Made by a program: the position numbers and the translations under genes. A stretch of 64,000 nucleotides of DNA, taken from Geosiphon pyriformis uo1 (Eukaryota; Fungi; Glomeromycota). The notes below the pieces were generated by a model. That model had not been told where the DNA came from. It worked only from the letters and a program-made list of their open reading frames with translations, and did no database searches. The stretch is from positions 199,696 through 263,695 of the forward strand of contig JAAOMT010000602.1 in the NCBI GenBank assembly GCA_016748015.1, written 5' to 3'. How positions within the stretch are numbered: position 1 is the first letter of the stretch; every line of letters starts with the position of its first letter. This document shows, one piece after another, positions 51,372 to 64,000 of the stretch.

Positions 51372-53211
51372 TTATTTTTTGTTGAATTTTGAATATTCGA
51401 CAGGGTATTGTTGCTGAAGTAATTTACAGGTACTTGGTCGGTTTTGAAGATCCTTAGGAATCCATCCTTCTTTCTGAATATCAAAAAAATAATATTGAGT
51501 ATTGTTCAGAGAAATCAAAGATTTCTAACCACAGATGCAAAACATACCACACCAATTTGATAGTCCCAAGTAGGGTTCACATGATTTTCGGTTTTCCACG
51601 TCCAGTAAAACCAACCACCACTATTACTCTCAAAAGCGTCAATTTGTGCCTGAGCAAATTGTAACATGAAAGCCTTTTTTGTGGGGTCGTAGTTTTTGTA
51701 ATCTGCTGCACCAGTACACGTACAATTATCGCAAATTCCTTCATATCGAGGACTGCCACCGACACCATTCAGATATTTGGCACAATCATCTGTGGAAACA
51801 GTCCATTCGCCTGTAACAGTTAGTCCAAAGTCATTTCTGCTTTGAGAAAGGGCATTGCCCCAGACGGCACAAGGAAATAACAAGAAACTCGTTTGCGAAA
51901 GCCTTAAAAGGTTTGGATCAAAGACGATATAGCTGTGGGTATCTAAAGATAACAATTTATTTAGTTTAAAAGTACTTTGAAATATTAAAATTAGCATTTA
52001 GGCATCTTTAACTTACCTAAAGCTACCCTTTCGTTGCCCTTCATAAAACCTTGCCAACTCCCCAATCCAATAAAACCATCATGATATACTAGCCATGGAG
52101 TAAAATCTTTCCCATCACCTGTGATATTCCTAATGAGTTTATAGGCGTCCAAATAAAATTTTTGGGCATCTTCCTTCTTCAATCCTTGAAAGTTGATTCG
52201 GGGCTCATTCAATACTCCAAACATTGGTGTGACGTGTTGATATTCAGGTTTATTGAAAAAGGTTATGAGGGCTGCAATGATGCGAAGTGTACGATCGGCA
52301 TTGGCTCGTCCATTGCTTCCTTGAATCCAATTGATAGTTCCTTGTTTGCCTATAAGCCAAAGAATAAAAAATATTTGGAAATTGAATCTCATATAGAAAA
52401 AACAATAGAACCATGACATACCACTATGGTTCCATCCATTCTGACTACCAGGTGCGGCATGCAATTCCACCAACACTCTTAAACCATACTTCCTCGCCCA
52501 GCTAATTCCTTTCAACAAGTAAGTCCAACTAAGTCCGGGTACATAAGGCTCCTCGGCTACAACTTCTACCGCCCAAAATCCTAGAGGGATTCGTACATGA
52601 TTCAACCCATATTGTGCCATTTCGTCGAAATCAGCCTCCTGAATAAAATTTGCATAGTGTTTCTCTAAAGTCTCTTTGGCTTTTTCAGGACCCAGACTAC
52701 TACAAAGAGACCATTCATCTACAATATCACCTGCAAAATAGGAGGGTGTAATGAAAGGTTCAAGAACTAGCCATCCACCGAGATTGACACCTCTTATCGG
52801 TTGTTTCCCATAAGCAAAAGTTTGATTTAAAGCAGGTGTATAGCTATTTGGTGCTTTTGAGTCATCAAAAATATTTTTTGTGGAGTTTGATTTGTCGATA
52901 TCATTAGGTTCAAGAGTTGGAGTTTGACCATTATTGTTATTATTTGCATTTGCCAATGAATTATCGGCATTTGATCTAGAACTACTTTTACTAATTGGTT
53001 TCTTAAATAATAAATAAAATGCTGAAGCACCTCCAGCTAATCCAATTACCAAAACAATAATAAACTTCCACCAATTACGTCCCCAAAAACTTTTGACTGG
53101 GGCTTTCTCATAAAAAATTTGAGATTCATCAGAGTGAGTGAGAGGTAAGTCTGTAGTTGAGCCGTTGACATCATTAGGATTTTTATTCGTTGTTTGAGGA
53201 CTAAAACTCAT
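51372..53211 (-). CDS. GH5 exo-beta-1,3-glucanase with N-terminal membrane anchor (ExgD/Exg2-like); 4 exons
   Basis: TM segment WWKFIIVLVIGLAGGASAFYLLF. Motifs IRGVNLGGWLVLEPFITPS, DEWSL, GLNHVRIPLGFW, ELHAAPGSQNGWNHSG, NEP (acid/base), DTHSY, GEW (nucleophile), GWFYWTWKTE. Last exon KEGWIP...KK*. Confidence 0.92.
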
Positions 53212-55564
53212 TTTTTTAAGCTTATTTCAGAAAAAAAATTATTGAGGAGACTTGAAAGCAATTGGCAAGTATTAAGAGTAAAAACAGTCAAAGACCTATC
53301 AATTTATCTGCTAACATAATGAATTTTGGGAAAAAAGTTTTGTTTTCATTTAGGTTTACTTTATACAATGCCCAAATGTATGCAAAATCAGAAAAGTGCT
53401 TACCAGATTTTTAATTGTCAAGTTAGGGTATCAAATGGGTTTCATTTGTTTAATAAAGAGACACGCTATTAGGAATATATAGGGAGTAAGGAGAAAAAAA
53501 GAATCTAATTCTGTAGATGGAACCTGGGAATGCATGTAGAAAGGTGATAACGATAAATTCGTTTATTGACCGGGTCAGCTAGTGCTTTAAACTGTTTGAG
53601 AATTAAAACCCTGATTGACTGTATTTTTCATTGTGTCAGATTACGCAAATCATTGTAATAAATTTCGTGCATATCCGTATATCATTTTAAATGAACTTAA
53701 ACTCTAATATAGCTTAAAGGATGAGTAACCAAAATTTAATCCCTTTAAAACTTCATTTTTTTTAAAATTAAACTATTTAAAATTCGAATTCTAAAAATTC
53801 AATTATAATTCAGGAGATTTGGGAATTACAATTACAAAAGAAATTTCGATGTGTAAACTTTTAATTTTGGTAATTTACAATCTGATTGACATTTCAAAAG
53901 ATCAAAACATATGGACTCATAAAATAGAAGATTATTCAATATAATATAGAAAAATATAAATGTTAAAACCACTCACATAAAAAGGTATTTTCAGTAAAAC
54001 GTTCCAACCAGAATGAAAAAGCATAGTTCCAGAATATTTAATAAATATTATCTTTGTTAAGTCACGTAATAAAAAAATCTTTGTTTCGAGAAAGAAACAC
54101 ATTACAAATATTTCTTTTAGATATAAAAAAATATTTAAAACTTTAGAAGAAGCTCCTTAATATAAAGAAACCAAATATAATCAATTAACAAGGATTTTGA
54201 ATTCAACTCATTATTTTACTTGATAATAAAATAGCAATAAATTTCACAAAACTCAAAAAAAATTATTTATTTAAACACTAACGTGAAATTGAATCAAAGA
54301 TAATATTAGCAAAAGTAAAATTGTTTGTTTGGACTTTTATCTATTAGCAGATATTGACTAGATTTAATATATTTGATTATGTCAAACTATTCAAAAACAA
54401 AAATTATCATAAATGTTTTTACTTATTGCTTTTATTAATAAATCAGGTTTAAGTTCTTGCAATATTATCATTTTCAATCTCGTTATCTTGACAGCCTTAA
54501 TAAAATTATGTATTTATTTGCTCAAAATAAGGCGAAATTCTTCTTAAAAATTTATTATCAATTTTATTGTATACTTTTCTAGTTTAGGTAATTAAAAAAA
54601 TTTATTGTTTTTTAATAAAATACTAAGAAATTAAGATTTATAAAAATATTTTGTAAAAATTAATTGTTTATTTGTAAGTTTCAAAATTTTAAAACATCTT
54701 AAATTTCCATTATCAAATTCAAAAGAATGATATAAATATGGATTAAAAAATTATAATACAGAATTCATAAAATTTTAATAATTACCCATTAATATATATT
54801 AACTTTAAACAAAATTTTCCAATTTGGAAAAACCAAATAATTGATTTTAAGCCAAAGTCTGGTTTAACATTTTACATTATTTTAATAGATTTTTTGATAA
54901 CTCCATGTTTCAAATTACTAACATTAAATCAGCCCATCAAATCTCAAGGGCTTAATATATCGGTTTTAGTTTAAAAATATTGCGTTAATAAATCAGCCAT
55001 TAAAATACCAAATCATTGTACATGTATCGGGAAACGAGGAAACGGTGATACCAAATATTATAAATTGCGAAATTGTGTAAGACACGAACTCGAAATTTAA
55101 ATCTAAATACAGACAGAAACGATTGAAGTGTTAAGGATTCATGAACTAAAAGCTTTTCACAAAGGACAGGAATACAAAAAAATTGAAAATTTATTTCGGC
55201 GTTTCAAGGTGAAGCATATATGCATATGGCTGAGTTAATATACAGTATAATCCTAAAGAAAACAACTTGTACTTTAATTTAACGATATCTCAAATCTAGA
55301 AAATGTAATAAGATTATGATCTAAGCAAAATTAATCACAAAAAAGTATAGGATCAAATTAGAAACTTCACTTTTATCGAATTAAGAAAAAGCTATTTAAA
55401 AGATACTAACCTTTTGAAAATGAGCCAAAGGATATTAATTTGGTATTTCCCACAACAAATTTATTCCTGCCATCTATTTTCATTAGTATGAAATATATGA
55501 TATTTCTGTATTTAACATGAAACGTCAATGTCTAACAAACTCGAAAAGAATCATTTCTCTCAAT

Positions 55565-57276
55565 CTATTCGCGTTTTTGATGCTCAGGTTTATGACTTGT
55601 CTCATAATCAACGTGGACAAAAGCTCGGTCAACATTAGAAAGGCTCTCAAGTTTTATTTGCAAGCCTTCACTGATATCATGACATTCCCAAAGTGGGGTA
55701 TTTCGATCCATTACGATATCAACTTCAGCAACTATGTTGTTGCCCGCATGATACGCTCGACAAGTATCAACTTGCAAAATTTTCTCATGATGTGTTAGAG
55801 CTGAATCACAAGTAAACAGATTAAATATAATTTTTTCTGTATAGATGAACCGAAAAGGCAGTCTTCATCTAATTTGCTTACCAATGTAGGTTAATCGCTG
55901 TAAGACAGCAGTATCAGCGCTTTTTCCTATAATCAACTGGACATGTTCTATAAAAAAGCAAGTGTTAGTAAAATTCATTGGTTCATGTTATGATTAAATA
56001 AATAATGTCTGTGCTCCAGCATTCTGACCTCGTGCTGTGGCCACCCAGGCTCTTAATATTATCAAGGCTACTAAGATCCCACCAACAGGGTCTAGCCACC
56101 ACCTTAAATGATTACCAAGTAACGACATCATTAGCCCGAAAGAATTTACTATAATATCATTTCTATGATCGAGCATCAAGATTCGAGCCGATGGATTATG
56201 CCTTTGGAAGTAGCAGTAGCAAAATAATAAAGATTTGGCGACTAAGTTCAAAAATTTATGAATCAGTAAAAAGTTTTATATATATTTCAATGGGTAAGAC
56301 TTTATTCAAATACCTAAAGCTGCTACAACACAAACAACTGCCCAAATTGTGATTCGATCGTTTTCGTGCTTACCAATAAAAGCTTTGATGGCTTCAATCT
56401 AAAAAGAAATATTAAAATTATTCTATCACTTTAAAACCACATTAAGAAAGAAAATTATGCGCTTACAATAATTTGCAATGATAAGGTTGCCATTAGGGTT
56501 GAGAAAATTATTATTCCAGTTGTTTCCATGCGAGCCTTTCCCTAACGAGTTAGTTAAAGAGCCTTGAATTTTTAATTAAGAAGTTTTGATAAAATGATAT
56601 TTAGGATAAAAATCAGAAAAATACCGTGGGATATTTAACAGTATCCTTTTTATTAGCAGCCCGGGAAGTGTATACTAAAGTAGCATTTGACAAAATATCC
56701 ATAAAAGAATCCGCCATGGTTGCGAAGAGTGACAGTGATGCAGATGAAATAGCAGCATAAAGTTGAAGTCCAAAGAGTAAAATGTTGACAATCATGGAGC
56801 CATTCACTGCTATTTTAACCTCAAAATTTAAGAAATAAAGATGAAAGTCAAATTTCATGGGAAAATTACATTTCAAAGAATGCCAAAAATTGGGTTAAAA
56901 AAAATCTGTAAACTTTGAGATTGTATCTTTGTGATGGCTCCTCGTTATCAAGGGGAGCAAGAAAATCATCAATAAGCTCATTTTGCTCGCGATAAAAGGC
57001 TTGCACTTTCTTTCCTTCCCTCTTGATATCCGCATCAGATTTTCGCCTTGCTTCAAGAAGTAATGGATCATAGGGTGTAGGACTAGAAGGAGATGTCTCC
57101 CTTTCTTGGGTTTGGTTAAAAACTGGGGGAGTAGTTACTATTCTTAGAGATAATTCGGAATTAATCTTTGGAAGAGCTGAAGTGGTTGCTAGGTTATCGC
57201 CATTGGGAAAGGAAAATTCAACGACTGTTTCTTGGGGTTGTAACGCAATCTCTTCGATGGTTGTGCTCGTACACAT
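55565..57276 (-). CDS. cation diffusion facilitator, Mn-CDF/MTP8-11-like; multi-exon
   Basis: FYREQNELID, SLSLFATMADSFMDILS, KYPT/GKARMETTGIIIFSTLM, DHRNDIIVNSFGL, WLDPVGGILVALII, VDTCRAYHAG..AEVDIVM...HDISEGLQIKLESLSNVDRAFVHVDYETSHKPEH. Confidence 0.92.
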
Positions 57277-58634
57277 TTATTTATTGATATAAGAAATTTT
57301 GTAAACGGAACGCAGTTTTATCATGAAGCAAACTATTTCAAGTGTGGGAAGTTTATTAAAAGGGATTTTTAATCTTGATTGATGTGTTAATCATTTTAGT
57401 TTTATCTTGATAACAGTCACACTAATTTCCGAATCTATTGTTGGGGGTAAATGTATTTGGGTTCAATACTTTTCAACATTCGATAATTTCGTTAATGGCG
57501 CCCAAAATCCTTTTAGGTTATGTTGTACCAATATCCTGATAGGTAGGTAAAACACTGTATGTTTTGCTTTTATGCTAAATTTAGTACAAAACGTCATATA
57601 TCTTGGCTACAAAAATCTCCTGTTAGCACTTCAATTTAGCTTAATAGTCATGATATGCCTTTTTCCAATCAAAGTATTTTTCAAAGCTAGTATTGAGTAT
57701 GGGACTATTTCTATTTATTAGTCCAGCCGTAAATCTGTTTAATTTTTAACAATAGTTAAAAGTATGATACACATGCTTTAATTCCCACCAGCGTAGGTTT
57801 TAAATGTTTTATGTCATATCTTCAATAGAAAACTAGCGATTGAGTTTCTCGTTTTGAAAAGATGCAAGAAGTGATGATTATGGCAAGAAGTGAGAAGTGT
57901 TGTAATCATATGTATTATGTTTAGTTGAAATAATGATCTCTGATGAGTTTCAATAAAATTAGAAAATTTGGTTATCCCAACCTCGAAATGTAGTGCCACT
58001 TTTTTTTTCCATTTACTTTATGCTATTAATATCTAATCTCTTTAAAATTTTCTAGTTTCATCTAAAGATAAAGTTCTTAAAATAATCGTTTTATTAGCTA
58101 TTTTGAGTTTGAGATTTATACCTCTCTTTTAAAAAAGTTTGTGGTCACTTTGAATCGAATCCCAAAAAAGGATTCAATTTTCCGGTCAAAAGTTTCAATA
58201 AATATGATTTATTATTTTTAAAGTTAATCGGCAAAGCTTAACCACCCGAAGAGAATATCATTGATAAGTTTCGAATTTGGTTTCAAAACTAATTCGGACA
58301 ATTATACTTTTCAGGGAAAATTATCGAACAATGAGTAGCCATTTATCTCGGAACAGATTATTCCTAATTTAGTAGACTGATTCTTTGAATTCTTACTCAC
58401 CGAACCTTTAAAAATGAATGAAGCAAAGACGTAACTTTCGAAGCCTCCTTTTTTAGTTTAAATTCAAACAGAATAAAATATTCTTTAAATACCCTTAGGG
58501 AAGATGGTGCAAATCCTTTGATTTTCTTGAGTGATTAACTTCTTTTTAAACTTTCAAAGAAATTACTTTTGTGATCAATTTGAATCCTCAACAAACATAA
58601 ATCGTTCATCAGACGAAGCTTTCTAATCAAAACG

Positions 58635-59651
58635 ATGACAAAACATAATTCTTTCTCTTATTATAAGAAGGCAAATGAAAATAATTCAAACATAAGCATG
58701 TTGCAATATCCTTCACCGGTATACGAAATTTGGGCCTTAAACATGAAAAAACATAATTCAGATTCTACCACACTTTCTGAGGTGTCAGAACAACGATTAA
58801 CAGGTGAAGAGTTGAAAAGAATCTTGCCAACTCCAAACTTAGGATCCCCAATTAGAAGTTCATTTGCAAATCGTGTATTTGATCAGGTAGAACAACAAGT
58901 TCATGGTCAACTGGTTGAGTCCTGGCCGGTCACGAATGTAACAGATCAGAAAAATTTATCAAGTCAGGGAATAGCCTATGGTTTACCAAGGTCAGCTGAA
59001 GAAACTGGAAAAGGTCTTTTAAGTAAAAATTATAATGGAATTTCAATATCAAAGTCGCTCACTAAGAACATAAAAGTTAGTACAGAATTGCAGGTGCCAA
59101 CTTATCCGAGATTGAAAGAAAAAAATATTTATAGGATATCATGTCAAACTATAAGTACAATGTCATCTATACCTCAAGATTTTGATAAATATTGTGAAGT
59201 TGGTCCTTCAGAATGGTTTGCATCAAAAACTTTAATGACAGTTGTACCATCTGGCAGGAATCACGTAGACTTCCCAAAATATGAGTCTAAAGAAATGACA
59301 CGTTGGGAAATTCATTCAATAAATGAACTTCGTGAGGTTGAAGTCGAGTTTTGCACCCTATTTAATCGTATAATTACTGAAAAAGGTCACAATTTTAAAA
59401 AATTCAGACGAGAATTTGTTCAAATTCAGACAAAATTAATGATAAATAATGGATACATGCTTCGAGAATTCAATCTTTGTACGGATCGGGAACTCAAGGC
59501 GTTTTCAGCTGCTTTCGGGTGGTGCGTAAAGACTGCAGATGCACTCGAGACTTTACGGCAAAATAGTTATAAATTTCCTATCACTTTTTTACTCGGTGTT
59601 GCGATGGAGCTTCAGCAAAAGTTCGCTAAAATTATATCATCTTCTAATTAA
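58635..59651 (+). CDS. hypothetical protein (338 aa, intronless, no recognised domain)
   Basis: Long ATG-initiated ORF with coding-like GC in an AT-rich background. Confidence 0.6.
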   Translation: MTKHNSFSYYKKANENNSNISMLQYPSPVYEIWALNMKKHNSDSTTLSEVSEQRLTGEELKRILPTPNLGSPIRSSFANRVFDQVEQQVHGQLVESWPVTNVTDQKNLSSQGIAYGLPRSAEETGKGLLSKNYNGISISKSLTKNIKVSTELQVPTYPRLKEKNIYRISCQTISTMSSIPQDFDKYCEVGPSEWFASKTLMTVVPSGRNHVDFPKYESKEMTRWEIHSINELREVEVEFCTLFNRIITEKGHNFKKFRREFVQIQTKLMINNGYMLREFNLCTDRELKAFSAAFGWCVKTADALETLRQNSYKFPITFLLGVAMELQQKFAKIISSSN

Positions 59652-59936
59652 TCGAAAAGAATATTTTAATTTTTGTAAAAGATAATTCAGTCAAACCTAT
59701 TATACTATTTTTTAACCTTCTTTCTTTATTTTTATACTTTTATTTTTTACTTTATTGATACTAGATGCGTAATATAATGATGAGTTTTCCAGAGCTGTAT
59801 TTTTTTCAAGTCTAAATTTTGGTTCTTATATACCAAAACTTCAATTTTTTTTTAAAAGATTAATATTATTAAAGGATTTTGGTTTTGAGAATTTCATTTT
59901 AAACATGATATTACTTAACAAGATAATTCCAAAATA

Positions 59937-59940
<4 letters not shown>

Positions 59941-59968
<28 letters not shown>
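59941..59968. repeat. (ATT)n microsatellite
   Basis: Trinucleotide run read directly. Confidence 0.9.
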
Positions 59969-59969
<1 letters not shown>

Positions 59970-62653
59970 GCAAAGTATTTAATTATTACAAAGTTGACTA
60001 ATAAGTGCAAATGACTAATCACTTCAAGCCTATATTCTTAATAAGAAATCAAAATTTCAAATGTTAAATACAGATTAATTTAAAAAATCGGTTTTTTTGG
60101 AAATTTCTAAACTTAAAAATATATAATTTTAGAAAATTTATAATAATCTTTATACATTTAAGAATTTTCTTTTATTTTTCAATCTTTAAACAATTAATAT
60201 TTCTAAATATCTGTTTCTTGTTTTTTTCCAGGTTATTATTTTCTTGTCAAACATTGATTCTTAAAATATAACTGTTAAATAAAACAAGCAAAAACTAACC
60301 TTATAAAACATTTACATAAAATAAAACTATTTTAATATGAAATAAATATAATGGGTGTATTTTTTATTTTTTATTGTAATTTGTAACATTATAATTGCAA
60401 ATTATTTGTTTAACTAAACATAATAATGTTTATGTAATTTCTTGAAAGAGTGATTATTATCTTTTTTAAGCAAATTCCATTGATAAAACTGTTTACTTTT
60501 GAGTTATATCAACTTCGGAGATATGTTCTAAAAGAGTATCTTTTTTCAAACATCTCATTATCAGCCTTTTTCCTGCATGAAAAGATTGTCACTAGTATGA
60601 TTTGCTCAGCTGGGTACAAATATTACAGGCTAATTTTACTAGCTACAATCGAAATATCATGTCAAACCTTAAACAGCTAACATCAAATACTATATTGAAC
60701 AGCGAAACTTCGTCACAAGAGGGTCTATAAAAAGTTTTCATACCCATTGAACCCAATGAGTCATTTTAGCAAAAACTTTATGGAAATTGAAACTCTAAAG
60801 ATTTACAATGAAACTATCAAGACCAAATTGAATGCGCTGTTTTTAGCTCAATTAAATTCAGAATTGGAGATCAAATCGTTGCGATTAATTAATAAAAAAT
60901 TATAAGAGAGTTTTGTAAGTGTTTTTTTAGAAAGGGATCAAGCAGTGAATGAGGTTGCTGCTTTGAAGACCACTCTCAACCTTCCAAATATGCATTAATT
61001 TGACCATTTTTGTAAGCAAAAATTTAATTTAAAATCGATTTGTTTTTCGCAAATTATGAAAGTTTACACAAGAGTTGTATGTGATATTTGTGGTATTGAT
61101 CCTAAGATATAAAGTAACATTTTCGATGATATTTAATTTGAATTAAACCAAATTTTTGCTGAATTGATCCCTCATTAATGTCATTTTTTGGATTTTAGTG
61201 TGGTCATTGCGTAGATTTCGACTTATGCAGTCTCTGCTATGGATCGCAACATGATCCACTTCATATTTTCATAAAATTCAAGAAAACCTTAAAGCACCTA
61301 CAACTATGATTTTGTTGCCTCAAATTCGATTCCATTTTCAAACTATAGATGATAGGTTTTTTTTTAAAAAAATAAATTGATTATTTTCAACTTTTTAATT
61401 ATGTCAATTTCAATTTTTCAGATTTTGATTTGTCGCCTGTCAAATGCTCAAATTGTGAAAAAAATATTCTAGGGATTCAATACAAGGGGATAATAGATTC
61501 ATCTTGTTTTTGCCTTAACTTCTAATTGAATTTTAGACTTGTTAATTACTTATTAAGTGTCTATTTTCTTTAGTGCGGCCAGTGCATCAATTACAACCTC
61601 TGTGAAAAATGTAAAGTTCACAGCAATCTCTCTCTCACAATTCTTCACACGTTTTCTTTGTCGTAACTCGAAAATGCACTCTTGAGGGTCGGTTCTTGGA
61701 TGATTTTAATCCACTTTGATTTCTTTCAAGAATATCGTTGATGTACTTGGGTTCTGGAGTGTGAAAATGGGATCAGACACATTCATAGTCGTAAGCTTTA
61801 TTTCTTAAAAAAGCATTATATATATTTCACCAATAACTTCAATATTTTGCATAATCAAAAGTGAAGAGCAAACTCAATGTAAAATGCCTTGTCATTTTTT
61901 TATAATGGCAAATGTAACAATCTTTGACTGCTTGCGTATTCTCTAAAATTGAGTTATTCCATTTTATAAATTCAAAGTATACAATGACTTTAGCAAGTTA
62001 AATTAATTTTAGCGAGTCTTTTTGATAAATTGCAAGGATTTAATTTTTGTATTTGGTTATTTATATTGATGAAAAAAGGCGAGTTAAACGTTAAAAAGCC
62101 ACATGAAAATTCTTAATACTGCGAGTCAAAGTTTTGAGAAAGAAAAAGACTTTCCAATAATTTTATCATGCATTTCAGATGGGGGTCATTGCGACTAATA
62201 ATTGGCTTTACATCTATTAAAGACAAAATTTAATATTCTAATTTTCAACTGATTAAATAATGTTTCTATAAACAAAAATTTCTGAGTATTAGAAAATACT
62301 CTTTTGTCAAGCCGTTTGGCTGATAGTCTCGAAGAACAATCTTTGTTACAACTTACAACTCAGGATCGATAAATTTATAATTTAATTATTTTCCAAAAGA
62401 AAATATATGCGAAAGAGTGATTAGTGGGAAAAAAGAAAGGCATAAAGACTTTAGATGTGAGAAGGGAAGGTATGGGTATCATTCGGTAAATTTATTAGGA
62501 AGAGCGACTCCTTTTTTTGACCACAATGTCAAGCATTATTGAATGGTGTTAAGCCCGAGGCCTGTAGTAATATCTAGGCTATTAAACTGTTTCCCATTCC
62601 TTAATCATTTTCTAAACCTCATTTTCGGTCAGTCTTTTATTTTCTCGAGGTAT

Positions 62654-64000
62654 TTAAAATGGCTGCCTGACGTATACCTTTCGCCCCTTTCGATACCGCC
62701 ATACACCAAAGATTACGGCACCGATTATTGTGACTGTACAAACAACGGCAATCGGTGCTACCAATTTCGGTAAAGTTGGTGCATTGTAATTCGGTGTTTC
62801 AGGAACAATTTGGCTGGAATTGGTTCCTGGAGCTGCAAAGTTGTCGGGAACGTTGACACCAAGGGTGGCGTAACTACCTTGCTCAGTAGGACTACCAGAT
62901 GATTTCTTCTTTGGACCATAACCCTCTGGGGGCCATGTTGTTGAGGTATTACCAGTATCTATTTTTGGAGGTTAATTTATTAGAATAAAGTCAATGAAAG
63001 ATAACCAATAGAATTTTTAGGATCTAATACTTACAATAACATGTAATGTTGACCCAATCGACGTACATAGTATAAGCACGATTTTTATCGCTCCAATCAG
63101 TTGGTGAACCGGCCCAATCCGCAGTACCTGGAGCACCCATACCACCATCCCACATTGAAAATTGAACTCTAGATAATCTTGATGGGAATTTGTATGCTTG
63201 CAATGTTTCATCCCAAGTATCACTTTTGAGGGATGTACGCACTATATTGCCATCGATAATCCATCTAAAAAGGAATAAAACTAAGTATTATTGAAGCATA
63301 AAATTTGAGAAAAGATGTCAAAATAAAAACTAACCTAATATGTTCGGGCATCCATTCAATTGTGTAAGTGTGAAAACCCGCGCTGGTATCGGCACCGACT
63401 TTGTGATGAGAACCTTTGGTGTAATCTAAGGTACCATTGTAGTAATAATTACCTTGGGCCTCGGTGGGATCAAGACCAACCCATTCATAATCGATTTCAT
63501 CACCGATCATATTTTTTGTCTAATTTAATAGTTTAAGCTAATGCGTTAATTTCAAGAAGGAAAAAATGGGGAATGTAGATTTTAGCTAACTTTGATGAGG
63601 GTACTCACAATAAAAGAGGAAACAACACCTTTGGTCGAAGAGCCAGTTTTGATACGTGCAGTAACTGTGCCATATTCCAGCCATCTTTGAGGAAAAATTT
63701 TTTTTAATCTATATCACTGAATACGGAATATGGGCAAGAATACCGAATGAAAAGCTACGTAAACACTTGAAATCTAGAATTCACCTTGTACTACTAACAG
63801 TAGAGCCAAACCCTTGATAGTTGCCTTTTTCATTTTTGTTAACGCCATCATACTTCATGTTTAGTGCTAGTTGTCCATCATTGGTATAGGCAGCATAGTC
63901 AGGCGTAAAATCTGATGTCCAGGTGGCTTGATTAGGGTCACCAGTAAAGCTTTGCCACGGTACAAGACTTGGCTTTGAGAAGTCATCGTATTGATTTATA
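62654..64000 (-). CDS. GH16 Crh/Utr2-like transglycosylase, 3' part (gene starts beyond the window); C-terminal TM anchor
   Basis: WLEYGTVTARIKTG..GVVSSFI|TKNMIGDEIDYEWVG (catalytic DEIDxE), FHTYTIEW, VQFSMWDGG...GTADWAG. Last exon ends LVAPIAVVCTVTIIGAVIFGVWRYRKGRKVYVRQPF*. Confidence 0.9.

Noticed and set aside
61555-61786. minus-strand coding-like fragment MNVSDPIFTLQ...
   Set aside because: Short, interrupted by a stop, and no recognisable homology.

Overview
This is AT-rich eukaryotic DNA with short GT-AG introns. Gene content (a MATA-type HMG-box protein, Lipase_3-like secreted proteins, a Pap1/Yap1 bZIP, GH5, GH16 and AMF-type transposon proteins) points to an early-diverging fungus, most likely Glomeromycotina and possibly Geosiphon-like; this is an inference. 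Recognisable genes: three intronless stand-alone WGR-like genes, a small 4-exon HVA1/DUF2945 gene missed by the ORF track, two secreted class-3 lipase homologues that both lack the catalytic serine, tRNA-Gly(GCC), a Yap1/Pap1-type bZIP factor, a SulP sulfate permease (its 5' part is duplicated across an assembly gap), an HMG-box protein, a GH5 exo-beta-1,3-glucanase, a Mn-CDF/MTP transporter and the 3' part of a GH16 Crh-like gene. Mobile DNA: a decayed IS607-type element (serine recombinase TnpA plus TnpB/Fanzor2) beside the tRNA; a ~15.5 kb extremely AT-rich transposon graveyard (about 20.9-36.4 kb) holding two dead pogo/Tigger elements and a probable Ty3/Gypsy relic; a Tc1 deletion derivative; and a MITE. 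Most worth following up: the fungal IS607 TnpA-Fanzor2 relic, a repeat-focused C-to-T hypermutation signature that spares CpA (so not canonical RIP), the WGR-like mini-family and the pseudo-lipases. All translations and counts were done by hand; no database searches were run.
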